Below, piece by piece: positions 29,247 through 38,133 of a DNA stretch of 48,243 bases (its first letter is position 1; each line of letters starts with the position of its first letter). A program made the position numbers and the translations under genes. The DNA is taken from NCBI GenBank assembly GCA_048887225.1, contig JBHLJY010000017.1, positions 1 to 48,243 on the forward strand, read 5' to 3'. The notes beneath the pieces were generated by a model, which was not told where the DNA came from, searched no databases, and worked only from the letters and a program-made list of their open reading frames with translations. Source of the stretch: Candidatus Hodarchaeota archaeon. Its GTDB lineage: Archaea > Asgardarchaeota > Lokiarchaeia > Sigyniarchaeales > SOKP01.

Positions 29247-29843
29247 ATGTTGACTTTAAATCTATTGAATCAAATTTATTTTTTTAATATTGGAAGATAT
29301 CAGTCAAATGATACTTATTTTGAGTGGGTGAATAAGTCTTATCATAAATCCAGCGTTTTTGATGTAAGAATGGCTAGAAATCCTCCAGCAAAAAACATTT
29401 TTTATGGTATTCTAAAAACAGATTTAGAACTTGTTTATTACTTAAAAGATTATATAGTGTTTTCGATTGGTTCTAACCCGGAAATTCAATCTCAGTTGTT
29501 AGAGGCGATTTTAGAGTATTTAATAGATCAGTTTTATTTCATGTACGATGAATCGTTATTAAAAACTTGTTATGGAGATATTTGTAATATTTTTGACGCC
29601 TTTACATCTGTTGTAGAAAATGTTTTTGAAAATTATAAGAATCTCGATATAATTGAAACCGCGTTAGTAACCTGTAAAGCGTGTAAAAAAACCATACCTG
29701 TAGTAATAAAAAAGTCTTTAATTGAAAAATCTGAAAAATCTACCATTCCATTGGTTTATACTCACTCTGGACATGCAATTTTAATCTATTTCGATAAACA
29801 CTTCAAAATCAGAGGGCATGAACAGGTTGAAATCTCATTTTGA
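29247..29843 (+). CDS. Hypothetical protein: possible longin-like N-domain and C-terminal CxxC...HxxH metal-binding domain
   Basis: Open 198-aa ORF; LLEAILEYLIDQF helix; CKAC...YTHSGHAILIYFDKHFKIRG. Confidence 0.6.
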   Translation: MLTLNLLNQIYFFNIGRYQSNDTYFEWVNKSYHKSSVFDVRMARNPPAKNIFYGILKTDLELVYYLKDYIVFSIGSNPEIQSQLLEAILEYLIDQFYFMYDESLLKTCYGDICNIFDAFTSVVENVFENYKNLDIIETALVTCKACKKTIPVVIKKSLIEKSEKSTIPLVYTHSGHAILIYFDKHFKIRGHEQVEISF

Positions 29844-30016
29844 TTTAAAAAATTATTCTAATTTAAAAAAGAGCCAAATGTAATCGATTAATAAAATTTC
29901 CCTAAATTTTTAATTGTTATCGTGAATTTAAATTAATTCGTTTAAATATAAATATTTAAATTACAATTATAATATCGATTTAAAATAGAATTATTCTATT
30001 AAACTAGTTTTTATTC

Positions 30017-30877
30017 ATGACTATTTATAACATATCAATAATTACAAGCACAGGTTTTCCTTACTATCACAAGGATATCAAAAAATTACCTGATGGAATT
30101 AAATTATATCAAAGATTTTTTGATTTTACTGAAATTAGAGATAAACCTATTAATCCCCATGATACTTCTTTTGAGTTAAATGCTGGTTTAGTATCTGCAT
30201 TATTCGGATTCGCTAAAAACTTAGATAAGGAAATTCGAACACTTGAATTTAAATCTCTAACTCGAGAAATTGGAGAAAAAACTTTAGAAGAGAAAAAAGG
30301 ATATAAAGGAGATGCGTTAATTACTGCCCAAACCGAAACTTATTTACTACACAAATCTGTAAAAGAAAAAGTTAACACTATCTATAATTCAATTATTTCA
30401 CATAAAATACCCCTTGAAGACTCAGAAACGATTAATGAAGATGAAGAAAAAAAAATTATTGATATTTTAACTGATACTGATGCTAGAAATCGTGTTTATG
30501 ATAATCAAATAGAAATTCAACTCCTAGCAACCAAATTTTTAGAAGAAATGGAGAGGTATGGATTGTTTAATATTATAATAACTTCGTTTGATCTTAGCCC
30601 CATTGCGATATTCGGAGATAAGTATACTTTTCAAGATATTGAAATCATTTTAAGGAATTTAGGGGACATTCCGGAAATTGACGCTTTTGAATGGAAACAT
30701 CGACAAGGATTCTATGAAGGAACACAGGTTTGGGTTTATCTTATTAATTCTGGAATCGGTGTTACTGTGGAAAAACTATTTGAGCCTTATTTTTATCTCC
30801 TTATTACCGGTCCAGAAAGCTATCTAGCTGAATTTCCAGCAAAACTAACTAGAGAATTTAATCAAATTTTAGACTAA
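30017..30877 (+). CDS. Longin-like domain protein (probably two domains)
   Basis: IYNISIITSTGFPYY beta-hairpin and LNAGLVSALFGFAKNL helix resemble the longin signature. A second alpha/beta domain begins near FNIIITSFDLSPI. Confidence 0.6.
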   Translation: MTIYNISIITSTGFPYYHKDIKKLPDGIKLYQRFFDFTEIRDKPINPHDTSFELNAGLVSALFGFAKNLDKEIRTLEFKSLTREIGEKTLEEKKGYKGDALITAQTETYLLHKSVKEKVNTIYNSIISHKIPLEDSETINEDEEKKIIDILTDTDARNRVYDNQIEIQLLATKFLEEMERYGLFNIIITSFDLSPIAIFGDKYTFQDIEIILRNLGDIPEIDAFEWKHRQGFYEGTQVWVYLINSGIGVTVEKLFEPYFYLLITGPESYLAEFPAKLTREFNQILD

Positions 30878-30947
30878 TTTTTTAAAAACAAATCAGATTT
30901 TAGTTAATGTTCAAATATTATAAGGAAAAATTCAATTAGTATTAATT

Positions 30948-31496
30948 ATGGAATTTAAAAAATTAAATATTACCAATCATCTTCGTCTGCTCCATCCACG
31001 ACAAACAGTTCTATGTACATCTCGATATGAGGATAAAAATAACATTATAACTTTAGCTTGGAGTATGATCATAAGCGGAAATCCTCCAATAATTGCCGTA
31101 TCTATTGCTCCTCAAAGATTTTCTCACAATCTTATAAAAAATTCTGGAGAGTTTACTATTAATGTACCTACAAAAGCAATTATTTCAGAAGTCTTTTATT
31201 GTGGTAGTCATTCTGGAAGAAAAATAGATAAATTTAAAGAAACTAACCTAACACCCTTAGATGGAATAAATGTAAAATGTCCTAGAATAAAAGAATGTGT
31301 ATCCCATATCGAATGCAAGGTAATAGATACAAAAAAATATGGAGATCATACTTTGTTCGTTGGCAAAGTTGTATCCTGTTTAGGTAGAGAAGATTTTCTT
31401 TCTAAAAACGAAATAAATATAAAAACCGTTGAAATTCCCTATCATCTCGGCAGGAACAAGTTTACATTTAATAAAAAAGAAATTTACGAAGTATAA
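30948..31496 (+). CDS. Flavin reductase / flavoredoxin family protein
   Basis: NIITLAW, PPIIAVSI, EFTINVP, CGSHSGRKIDKF, IECKV, GDHTLFVGKV. Confidence 0.92.
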   Translation: MEFKKLNITNHLRLLHPRQTVLCTSRYEDKNNIITLAWSMIISGNPPIIAVSIAPQRFSHNLIKNSGEFTINVPTKAIISEVFYCGSHSGRKIDKFKETNLTPLDGINVKCPRIKECVSHIECKVIDTKKYGDHTLFVGKVVSCLGREDFLSKNEINIKTVEIPYHLGRNKFTFNKKEIYEV

Positions 31497-31518
31497 TTGA
31501 ATAAATTAGAAGTTCTTT

Positions 31519-32286
31519 TTAGCAGGACTTTTCAGCAGCTTTAATTATATCATATAAAGAGTTCGCTTCGAGAGAAGCACCTCCTACTAAGCCCCCATCA
31601 ATATTTTCTTGTTTAAAGAGATTTTCGGCATTAGCAGGTTTTATTGAACCTCCATATTGAATTCTAATTAAATTTGCCGTTCCTCTATCGTATCTTTGAG
31701 CAAGTAATTCGCGGATAAATGCATGAATTTCTTCTGCTTGCCCTGGAGTAGCTGTTTTTCCAGTACCTATCGCCCAAATTGGCTCGTAAGCTATTACTGT
31801 TTTTATCATTTCATCTCTCGTAAGATCTTTAAATGTTTCATTTAACTGATTTTGGATTATTTCTTTTGTTTTTCCTGCTTCTCTTTCCTCTAAATGCTCC
31901 CCTATACACACTATTGGATTTACACCTATAGATAACGCTTTTTTAAGCTTTTTATTAACAAAATCATCTGATTCTTTGAAATTATCCCTTCTTTCGCTAT
32001 GACCTAGTATCACATATTCACAACCTACGGATTTTAAAAATAGTGGAGATATCTCTCCTGTATACGCTCCTTTCTCTTCAAAATACATATTTTGAGCTCC
32101 TAATTTAATATTTGTAGATTTAATTATTTCAAATATAGAATTTAGTACTGTGAAAGGTGCGCAAACAACAATATCAACTTTATTGATGTTCTTTACTAAC
32201 GGTATAAGCTCTTCCAGCATTTCTTTGGCTTCAGCTGGAGAGCCTCTATTCATTTTCCAATTGCCTCCTATAATCGGCTTTCTCAA
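31519..32286 (-). CDS. tpiA: Triosephosphate isomerase, bacterial/eukaryotic type
   Basis: GNWKMN, GAYTGEIS, ILGHSERR, AYEPIWAIGTG, YGGS, GGLVGGASL; 255 aa. Confidence 0.98.
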   Translation of the reverse strand: MRKPIIGGNWKMNRGSPAEAKEMLEELIPLVKNINKVDIVVCAPFTVLNSIFEIIKSTNIKLGAQNMYFEEKGAYTGEISPLFLKSVGCEYVILGHSERRDNFKESDDFVNKKLKKALSIGVNPIVCIGEHLEEREAGKTKEIIQNQLNETFKDLTRDEMIKTVIAYEPIWAIGTGKTATPGQAEEIHAFIRELLAQRYDRGTANLIRIQYGGSIKPANAENLFKQENIDGGLVGGASLEANSLYDIIKAAEKSC

Positions 32287-32293
32287 GATAAGA

Positions 32294-32299
32294 CACCTC
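32294..32299 (-). promoter_or_regulatory. Shine-Dalgarno-like GAGGTG upstream of the tpiA TTG start
   Basis: Plus-strand cacctc lies 7 nt from the TTG at 32286. Confidence 0.55.
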
Positions 32300-32421
32300 T
32301 TAAAATGAAATATTACTTAAAACTTGAAAAAGATAGTTATATTCAATTAAGTTCTAAGCCCTATAAATTTCTAACTAAAAATTATTTATAAATATTTATT
32401 AAGAAGAAGTGGAAAAAAAAT

Positions 32422-32925
32422 TTAATCTCCCTTTGGCAGTTTTTCAGCTAATTTGGTTGCCCTTAAAAGCTTTTTTACTTCATCTATATTAGGAGCCATT
32501 ACTTTGGGTAATCCTAATTGTTCACGTCTTCTTTCAATGGCTGGTTGGCTTGGTATTGCTTTACCAAATTCTAACACTGTTGACGCTTGACCAGTATAAT
32601 GTTCAGGAGCTTCGCCTTTTTCAACGCTCATATTTTTTAGAATTGTAAAAATTTCTGTAAGTTCAACTTTTTGGGGGCAAACCTCATCGCAAGTATCACA
32701 TACGGTGCATCCCCAGATATTAAAAGCGTTTTCTTTTCCAAATATTTTTTCTTTTAATCCCAATAAAGCATCTAAGATTAATCTTCTTGGATTATATCGA
32801 CCTTCTGTAACTTGAGCAACAGGGCACGCTCCTGAACAAGTGGCACACTGATAACAATATGCTAACGTATTACCAATATCATTATTAAGAATTTGGTTTC
32901 TAAAATCAAAATCTAGAGTTGCCAT
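32422..32925 (-). CDS. hdrC: Heterodisulfide reductase subunit C-like 2x[4Fe-4S] protein
   Basis: CYQCATCSGACP, YNPRRLI, IWGCTVCDTCDEVCPQ, RREQLGLP. Confidence 0.88.
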   Translation of the reverse strand: MATLDFDFRNQILNNDIGNTLAYCYQCATCSGACPVAQVTEGRYNPRRLILDALLGLKEKIFGKENAFNIWGCTVCDTCDEVCPQKVELTEIFTILKNMSVEKGEAPEHYTGQASTVLEFGKAIPSQPAIERRREQLGLPKVMAPNIDEVKKLLRATKLAEKLPKGD

Positions 32926-33165
32926 TTTGATAATATTTGTTATTATTACGGAGTTATTTTAAGGAATTATTTCTTAATTTTAAAATTATTTCTTTTCAAA
33001 ATTACGGTTAATAGGAGAAAAGATTATATCACCATGAATTAAGAATCATAAAAAAAGATGGTCTTTATATCAATACTTTTCTTGTTTTTTATAAATAAAA
33101 AGAATAAAAGTGAAAAAATACTTACGAATATTATAAATTGTTAAATAATTTTAAGTGAAAATTAA

Positions 33166-33510
33166 GTGAATATTGAAGAACTGAAGTCTGTAGGAATCGA
33201 GGGACCTACAAATGGCAAACTTATAATTGATGTATATACTACTTGGTGCGGACCATGCAAATTTATATCACCAATACTTCGTAAGCTCAGAGACGAAGGA
33301 CTTATCCAACTCATCCAAGTTGATCTAGATCAAAATCGACCCTTAGGTGAAATGTTTGGAATAACAGCTATTCCTACACTGCTATTTTTCAAAGATGGCA
33401 AGCTCTTAAATGGTATCATTGAAATCCAAGGACAAACGCTTGTGAATAATGGAATAATGATTGGAGCCGCTGGAGAGGCAATTCTCCGTGAAATTATTAA
33501 TAAAATGTAA
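33166..33510 (+). CDS. trxA: Thioredoxin
   Basis: WCGPC active site; cis-Pro loop AIPTLLFFKDGK; GTG start. Confidence 0.92.
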   Translation: MNIEELKSVGIEGPTNGKLIIDVYTTWCGPCKFISPILRKLRDEGLIQLIQVDLDQNRPLGEMFGITAIPTLLFFKDGKLLNGIIEIQGQTLVNNGIMIGAAGEAILREIINKM

Positions 33511-33699
33511 AGTAAAAAATTTTTTGTATTAATCCTATTTCTTTTTTCTCTTCTATTTTAAAGATTAATTAGTTAATACATTTGACAAAAACCTCCCCAT
33601 ATTAAATATTTTTAATATTTTTAATTAGATTAAAAGCTTTAAAATTGATGCTTATTTTTTCATTTATAATTTAATACGAATTAACAATAATAATCGATT

Positions 33700-34209
33700 A
33701 TGGAATATTCAAGAAGCGATCTGTTCTTGGCAGAAGCAACAATGAACCAAATGCGTAATAGTATCTATTATCTTGTTCGTATTATGGAAAAAAAAGGAAA
33801 ACCGGATGTCATCCCAAGATTAAGAAATATGGGGCGTAATATTGCTAGAACGTTTGTTAAATACTGGAAACCTATTGAAATCGTAAATGTGTCAAATATA
33901 AAAGATTTTTTAAAAACGATATATCAAAAAATAGTAGATAGCTCTATTTCAATAGAAATGAATTATGATAAGAAAGTAATTATAATTAAAGATTATAAGT
34001 GCTCGTTATGTAAATATAAATACGAGGATATTAATATTGCGGGATGTGAGATATTATTAGGCTTAATTTCTGAGCTAATTTCTCTCATTAACGAGGAATC
34101 TAAAGACCCCTCTTCCATTTTCTTGGAACCACTTGAAATAAAAGAGTCTCGATCTTATGGAAATAATTTATGTATGCAAGTGTTTAAATTTAAAATAGGA
34201 GGTAGCTAA
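33700..34209 (+). CDS. V4R / TRAPP Bet3-fold protein
   Basis: LRNMGRNIA (compare Bet3 L..MG..IG), IIIKDYKCSLC, GCEILLGLI, ESRSYGNNLCMQVF; Cys pattern typical of V4R. Confidence 0.7.
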   Translation: MEYSRSDLFLAEATMNQMRNSIYYLVRIMEKKGKPDVIPRLRNMGRNIARTFVKYWKPIEIVNVSNIKDFLKTIYQKIVDSSISIEMNYDKKVIIIKDYKCSLCKYKYEDINIAGCEILLGLISELISLINEESKDPSSIFLEPLEIKESRSYGNNLCMQVFKFKIGGS

Positions 34210-34211
34210 TC

Positions 34212-35663
34212 ATGGGTGCTTTTCAGTGGTTAATGAAAAAAATTATGAAAGCTTTTGGTCGAAACACTAACGCATTATTTTATCAATTGTTGTACAGAGA
34301 AATATTAAAAGAAATTAATGAAATTGTTGAAAATGAAGATGAGAGCATTTTAATTTTAAGAGAAATTGGAAAAAGAGCGGCTTATGAATCTTGCGAACGA
34401 CATTCTGGTATTTTTAAGTTTATGCCGGGGACTCCAAAAAAAGTTTTATCTTATTTCGAAATTTTGTTTTCAATTGTTTTAGGGACAGAAATGGGAGAAT
34501 ATGATTACGAAGAAATCCCAAAAGAAGGTGCTAAATATAATGATTATATTTTAAACATAAAAAATAATCCTGTATGTGCTGGATATGGAGATGATGCTGA
34601 AGATACTTTTAATTTCAGTAAATTGAGCAAAGAAACTGAAGGTTGTTCTGCAGGTTTATGTGGTATGCTCGAATCTGTAGCAAATTTTATATTAAAAGTA
34701 AAAAAGAACGATTATCGTATCGGGATGACCGAATCAAAATGTATCATGAAAGGAGAAGAGTGCTTACAACTTTACTGTAAAGTTTATGATCATAGAGAAT
34801 GGAAGGAATATTTGGAATCTAAACCAAAAGTCGTTTATTTCGAAAAGGTTTTGGAAGAAGAAATTCACGAAGAAGCCAAATTAGATCTTATTGATAAATT
34901 ACAGGAAGTCATCTCTTTAGATAAATTAGATGATTTATTCGATGAACCTCTTGAAAGCATTAAAGAAAAAGTAGCGGAAATTATTAGGGATAAATTAAAC
35001 ATGGAACCTGACCATTTCTTTGACTATTTCAGAAATTATGAGGATGATTTGATAAGAATCTTTGGTTATTTAGCTGTTCATCTTATGAATGAATATGGAG
35101 GGTTTGTGGAAAAATCATTAAGCAGCGATTTCACAGCAAAATTAATAGGTTATATTTTTAAACATCTTAAAGAGATGACATTATTATTTATACCCTTAGA
35201 TGTCATTCGGGATTATAATAAGTTATTAGTAAGTTTTTTGGAGGGATTAGCACCTACGGAAATGGTCGATAATGTTAGACAATTTACGGGAAAAGACACT
35301 ATTAATTATCTTTTTGAAGGCTCTGAAATGGCGCTAGAGAATTTAGGTATTGAATTTTCAGAGTTAAAAGAAAATATATGGGAAGAATTGAAAAGAGAGA
35401 GGGAAGACGGATTAATTTCGGCAGAGCCTTCTGCGGTCGAGACAACTCGAGAAAAATTCCCAAGGATAATTAATATCATTCAGGAGCTCCTTATGATATT
35501 TAACGAAATTCTTACTCTCCCCATTAGAGTATTGATCTCTGAGAGCCATTACGGATTAAAGACGGCAATAAGTTCAGTCACTTCTGAAGAAGAAGGCCTA
35601 TATGGCAGTATACGCGAAAAACTGGACAATATTTTTGATCAAATTCAAGAAATAAGAAAATAG
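34212..35663 (+). CDS. V4R / Bet3-fold N-terminal domain fused to a ~280-aa acidic helical domain
   Basis: NALFYQLLYREIL, LREIGKRAA, ILNIKNNPVC, GCSAGLCGMLESV, ESKCIMKGEEC; starts 2 nt after the previous stop. Confidence 0.7.
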   Translation: MGAFQWLMKKIMKAFGRNTNALFYQLLYREILKEINEIVENEDESILILREIGKRAAYESCERHSGIFKFMPGTPKKVLSYFEILFSIVLGTEMGEYDYEEIPKEGAKYNDYILNIKNNPVCAGYGDDAEDTFNFSKLSKETEGCSAGLCGMLESVANFILKVKKNDYRIGMTESKCIMKGEECLQLYCKVYDHREWKEYLESKPKVVYFEKVLEEEIHEEAKLDLIDKLQEVISLDKLDDLFDEPLESIKEKVAEIIRDKLNMEPDHFFDYFRNYEDDLIRIFGYLAVHLMNEYGGFVEKSLSSDFTAKLIGYIFKHLKEMTLLFIPLDVIRDYNKLLVSFLEGLAPTEMVDNVRQFTGKDTINYLFEGSEMALENLGIEFSELKENIWEELKREREDGLISAEPSAVETTREKFPRIINIIQELLMIFNEILTLPIRVLISESHYGLKTAISSVTSEEEGLYGSIREKLDNIFDQIQEIRK

Positions 35664-35701
35664 AATGATATTAATTTTTTTTAGAAACGAGAGTGTATTA
35701 A

Positions 35702-38116
35702 ATGGTTGACTTATCTCGAGATATTATGGAAAAACATCAAAACTTGAAGAGCAAATTAATTGTTAAAGCTGTCAGGAATATAAGAAAAGGTTATTTCAAA
35801 GATGACGCTGCTAGAGGTATGTATCGTCCTGGAATTAAGCTAGATTTAGAGAGGACTCGATACATTACTGAATCTTATAAAATGACAAAAGGGGAACCCA
35901 TGACAATTCGAAGGGCAAAATTTTTAGACCATTATCTTAGTAATATATCATTATTTATTAAGCCCTGGGAGCGTATAGTGGGTAACTATGCAAAGGAGCG
36001 TATGGGTCTTTACCATCCCATCGATTTAAATTGGAGGTCTGTCCATAGGTTGTTACATTCAAAAGAAGGAAAGAACTTATTGGATGATGAAGAACGAGCG
36101 GAGTTGGATGAATGCTGCGAATACTGGAAAGGAAAGAGTATGAGCGATCGACATCAAAACTTTTTTGGAGAAGAACTCATGAAATATTGGCAATTAGGGA
36201 GTGCTCCTTTTACATGGACTCAATGGACTGAGTTAGGAGTACCAAACTACGAGAAGATTTTTCAAATTGGTCTAAAAGGAATTATAACAGAAGCTGAAGA
36301 AAAATTGAACGAGATTGAGAATGAAATTCCTCGGGATTATGTTGGACAAAAAGAATTTATTTTATCAGTCTTAATAGCTCTTAAAGCGGTTATAAAGTTT
36401 GCAAATAGATATTCTGATTATGCAGTGGAATTGGCTAAAAGCGAAAAAATAGATGAGGATTTTAAAAATAGGCTAATTGAAATTGCTGAAATATGTAGAT
36501 GGGTTCCAGAAAATCCGCCTCGTAACTTTCATGAGGCTTTACAAGCATTCTATTTTATACATTTAATCAGATTCATTGAATATTCTACTTTAGGTTGTGG
36601 AATTAGGTTTGACAAAGTAATAGGTCCCTATTATGAAAAAGATATCACTGAAGGTCGGATTACTAGAGATGAAGCGTTAGAACTCTTGCAATTGCTATGG
36701 ATTAAGTTAAATGAAATAGGTATTATTTATTCTCCCATACTTACACAGATATATGCTGGAGTATCTTCACTGCAGTCAATTATGTTAGGTGGTACAGATT
36801 CAGAGGGTAATGATATTACTAATGAGGTTACTTATCTTGTTCTGGAAACTGCTTTATTATTAAAAACTATTGAGCCAACAATTGGATTGCGTATACATGA
36901 AGGAACGCCAGATAAATTATTTGAAATGGCAGTTGATGTTATTCGGACAGGTATAGGATACCCATCACTTTTCAATGATTTGACAATGATTCCTCTATTA
37001 CAAAGATGGAACATTCCTCTAAAAGATGCTAGAGATTATTCTATAACCGGATGTGTTTACATAGAAATTCCCGGTAAAAACATGATGAGAAGAGCGATGG
37101 GTGGGATAAATCCTTTAGGTGTCCTTTATTTCGTATTGCATCCAAAGAATTTTAAGACAGGTAAACAATTAGGGGCCCCTACTCCAGATCCGAGAACATT
37201 TAAAAATATAGATGATGTTTTCGATGCATATTTGGAGCAACTGAGATATTTTCTTGATAAGCATTGTAATTTAGAGAGAGCTAATAATTCTTTATACGAA
37301 AAATATCTACCCAGACCATTCTATTCTGCTATAGTAGATGATTGTATAAAGAAAGGTCAAGATAGTAGAAAATTTGCATATCCTTCTAGCACATTCTGTG
37401 TAATTATAGGAATTACTAATGCGGCGGACTCCATCGCAGCAATAAATAAAGTTGTCTTTGAAGATAAAAAAGTCTCAATGGACGAACTCATTAAGGCGAT
37501 GGATAAGAATTGGAGAGGATATGAAAATATAAGACAATTAATGCTACAAGCGCCAAAATATGGGAATGATGACGATTATGTAGATAATATAATGAATCGA
37601 TTACAAATCGAAACCGAGGCTGTTCTAGAATCATTTAGGGATTATTTCGGAAATCCGATTCATGGTGATGGAAGTGCTCTTTCAGCCAGCTATGGATGGG
37701 GTTTTAGGACACCTGCTAGCCCAGATGGTCGCTTTTCTGGAGAGTCACTTGCAGATTCCTCTCTTGCCCCAATGTTTGGAAGAGATATAAGAGGTCCGAC
37801 AGCTGTTCTTAATTCGGCAGCAAAAGTAGATCCTGTTCAAACATACAATCATTTATTGAATCAACGATTCTTGCCAAGTTATCTTGAAGGTGATTATAAA
37901 CAAGTTTTTATAAATTATCTTAAAACTTGGAGAGATCTGAAGGTACCCCATGTTCAATTCAATGTTGTAGATAATGAAACATTACGAGATGCTATGGCGC
38001 ATCCAGAAAAACACCAAGATCTATTGGTTAGAGTAGCCGGTTACAGTGCTTACTTTGTAGATCTAAGCAAGGGACTTCAAGAATTTATAATCGCAAGAAA
38101 CGAGCAAAAGTTTTAA
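35702..38116 (+). CDS. Glycyl radical enzyme (PFL superfamily), substrate unknown
   Basis: Glycyl motif LLVRVAGYSAYF, thiyl loop ITGCVYIE, APKYGNDDDYVD, TPASPDGR, HVQFNVV. Confidence 0.95.
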   Translation: MVDLSRDIMEKHQNLKSKLIVKAVRNIRKGYFKDDAARGMYRPGIKLDLERTRYITESYKMTKGEPMTIRRAKFLDHYLSNISLFIKPWERIVGNYAKERMGLYHPIDLNWRSVHRLLHSKEGKNLLDDEERAELDECCEYWKGKSMSDRHQNFFGEELMKYWQLGSAPFTWTQWTELGVPNYEKIFQIGLKGIITEAEEKLNEIENEIPRDYVGQKEFILSVLIALKAVIKFANRYSDYAVELAKSEKIDEDFKNRLIEIAEICRWVPENPPRNFHEALQAFYFIHLIRFIEYSTLGCGIRFDKVIGPYYEKDITEGRITRDEALELLQLLWIKLNEIGIIYSPILTQIYAGVSSLQSIMLGGTDSEGNDITNEVTYLVLETALLLKTIEPTIGLRIHEGTPDKLFEMAVDVIRTGIGYPSLFNDLTMIPLLQRWNIPLKDARDYSITGCVYIEIPGKNMMRRAMGGINPLGVLYFVLHPKNFKTGKQLGAPTPDPRTFKNIDDVFDAYLEQLRYFLDKHCNLERANNSLYEKYLPRPFYSAIVDDCIKKGQDSRKFAYPSSTFCVIIGITNAADSIAAINKVVFEDKKVSMDELIKAMDKNWRGYENIRQLMLQAPKYGNDDDYVDNIMNRLQIETEAVLESFRDYFGNPIHGDGSALSASYGWGFRTPASPDGRFSGESLADSSLAPMFGRDIRGPTAVLNSAAKVDPVQTYNHLLNQRFLPSYLEGDYKQVFINYLKTWRDLKVPHVQFNVVDNETLRDAMAHPEKHQDLLVRVAGYSAYFVDLSKGLQEFIIARNEQKF

Positions 38117-38133
38117 AAAGTGTATCAATTTAT

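Noticed and set aside
32422-33510. Possible selenoproteins (HdrC, thioredoxin)
   Set aside because: All motif cysteines are ordinary Cys codons and no UGA read-through is needed.
35702-38116. Calling the GRE pyruvate formate-lyase or alkyl/benzylsuccinate synthase
   Set aside because: Lacks the PFL CC pair and the CMSP motif; no small BSS subunits adjacent.
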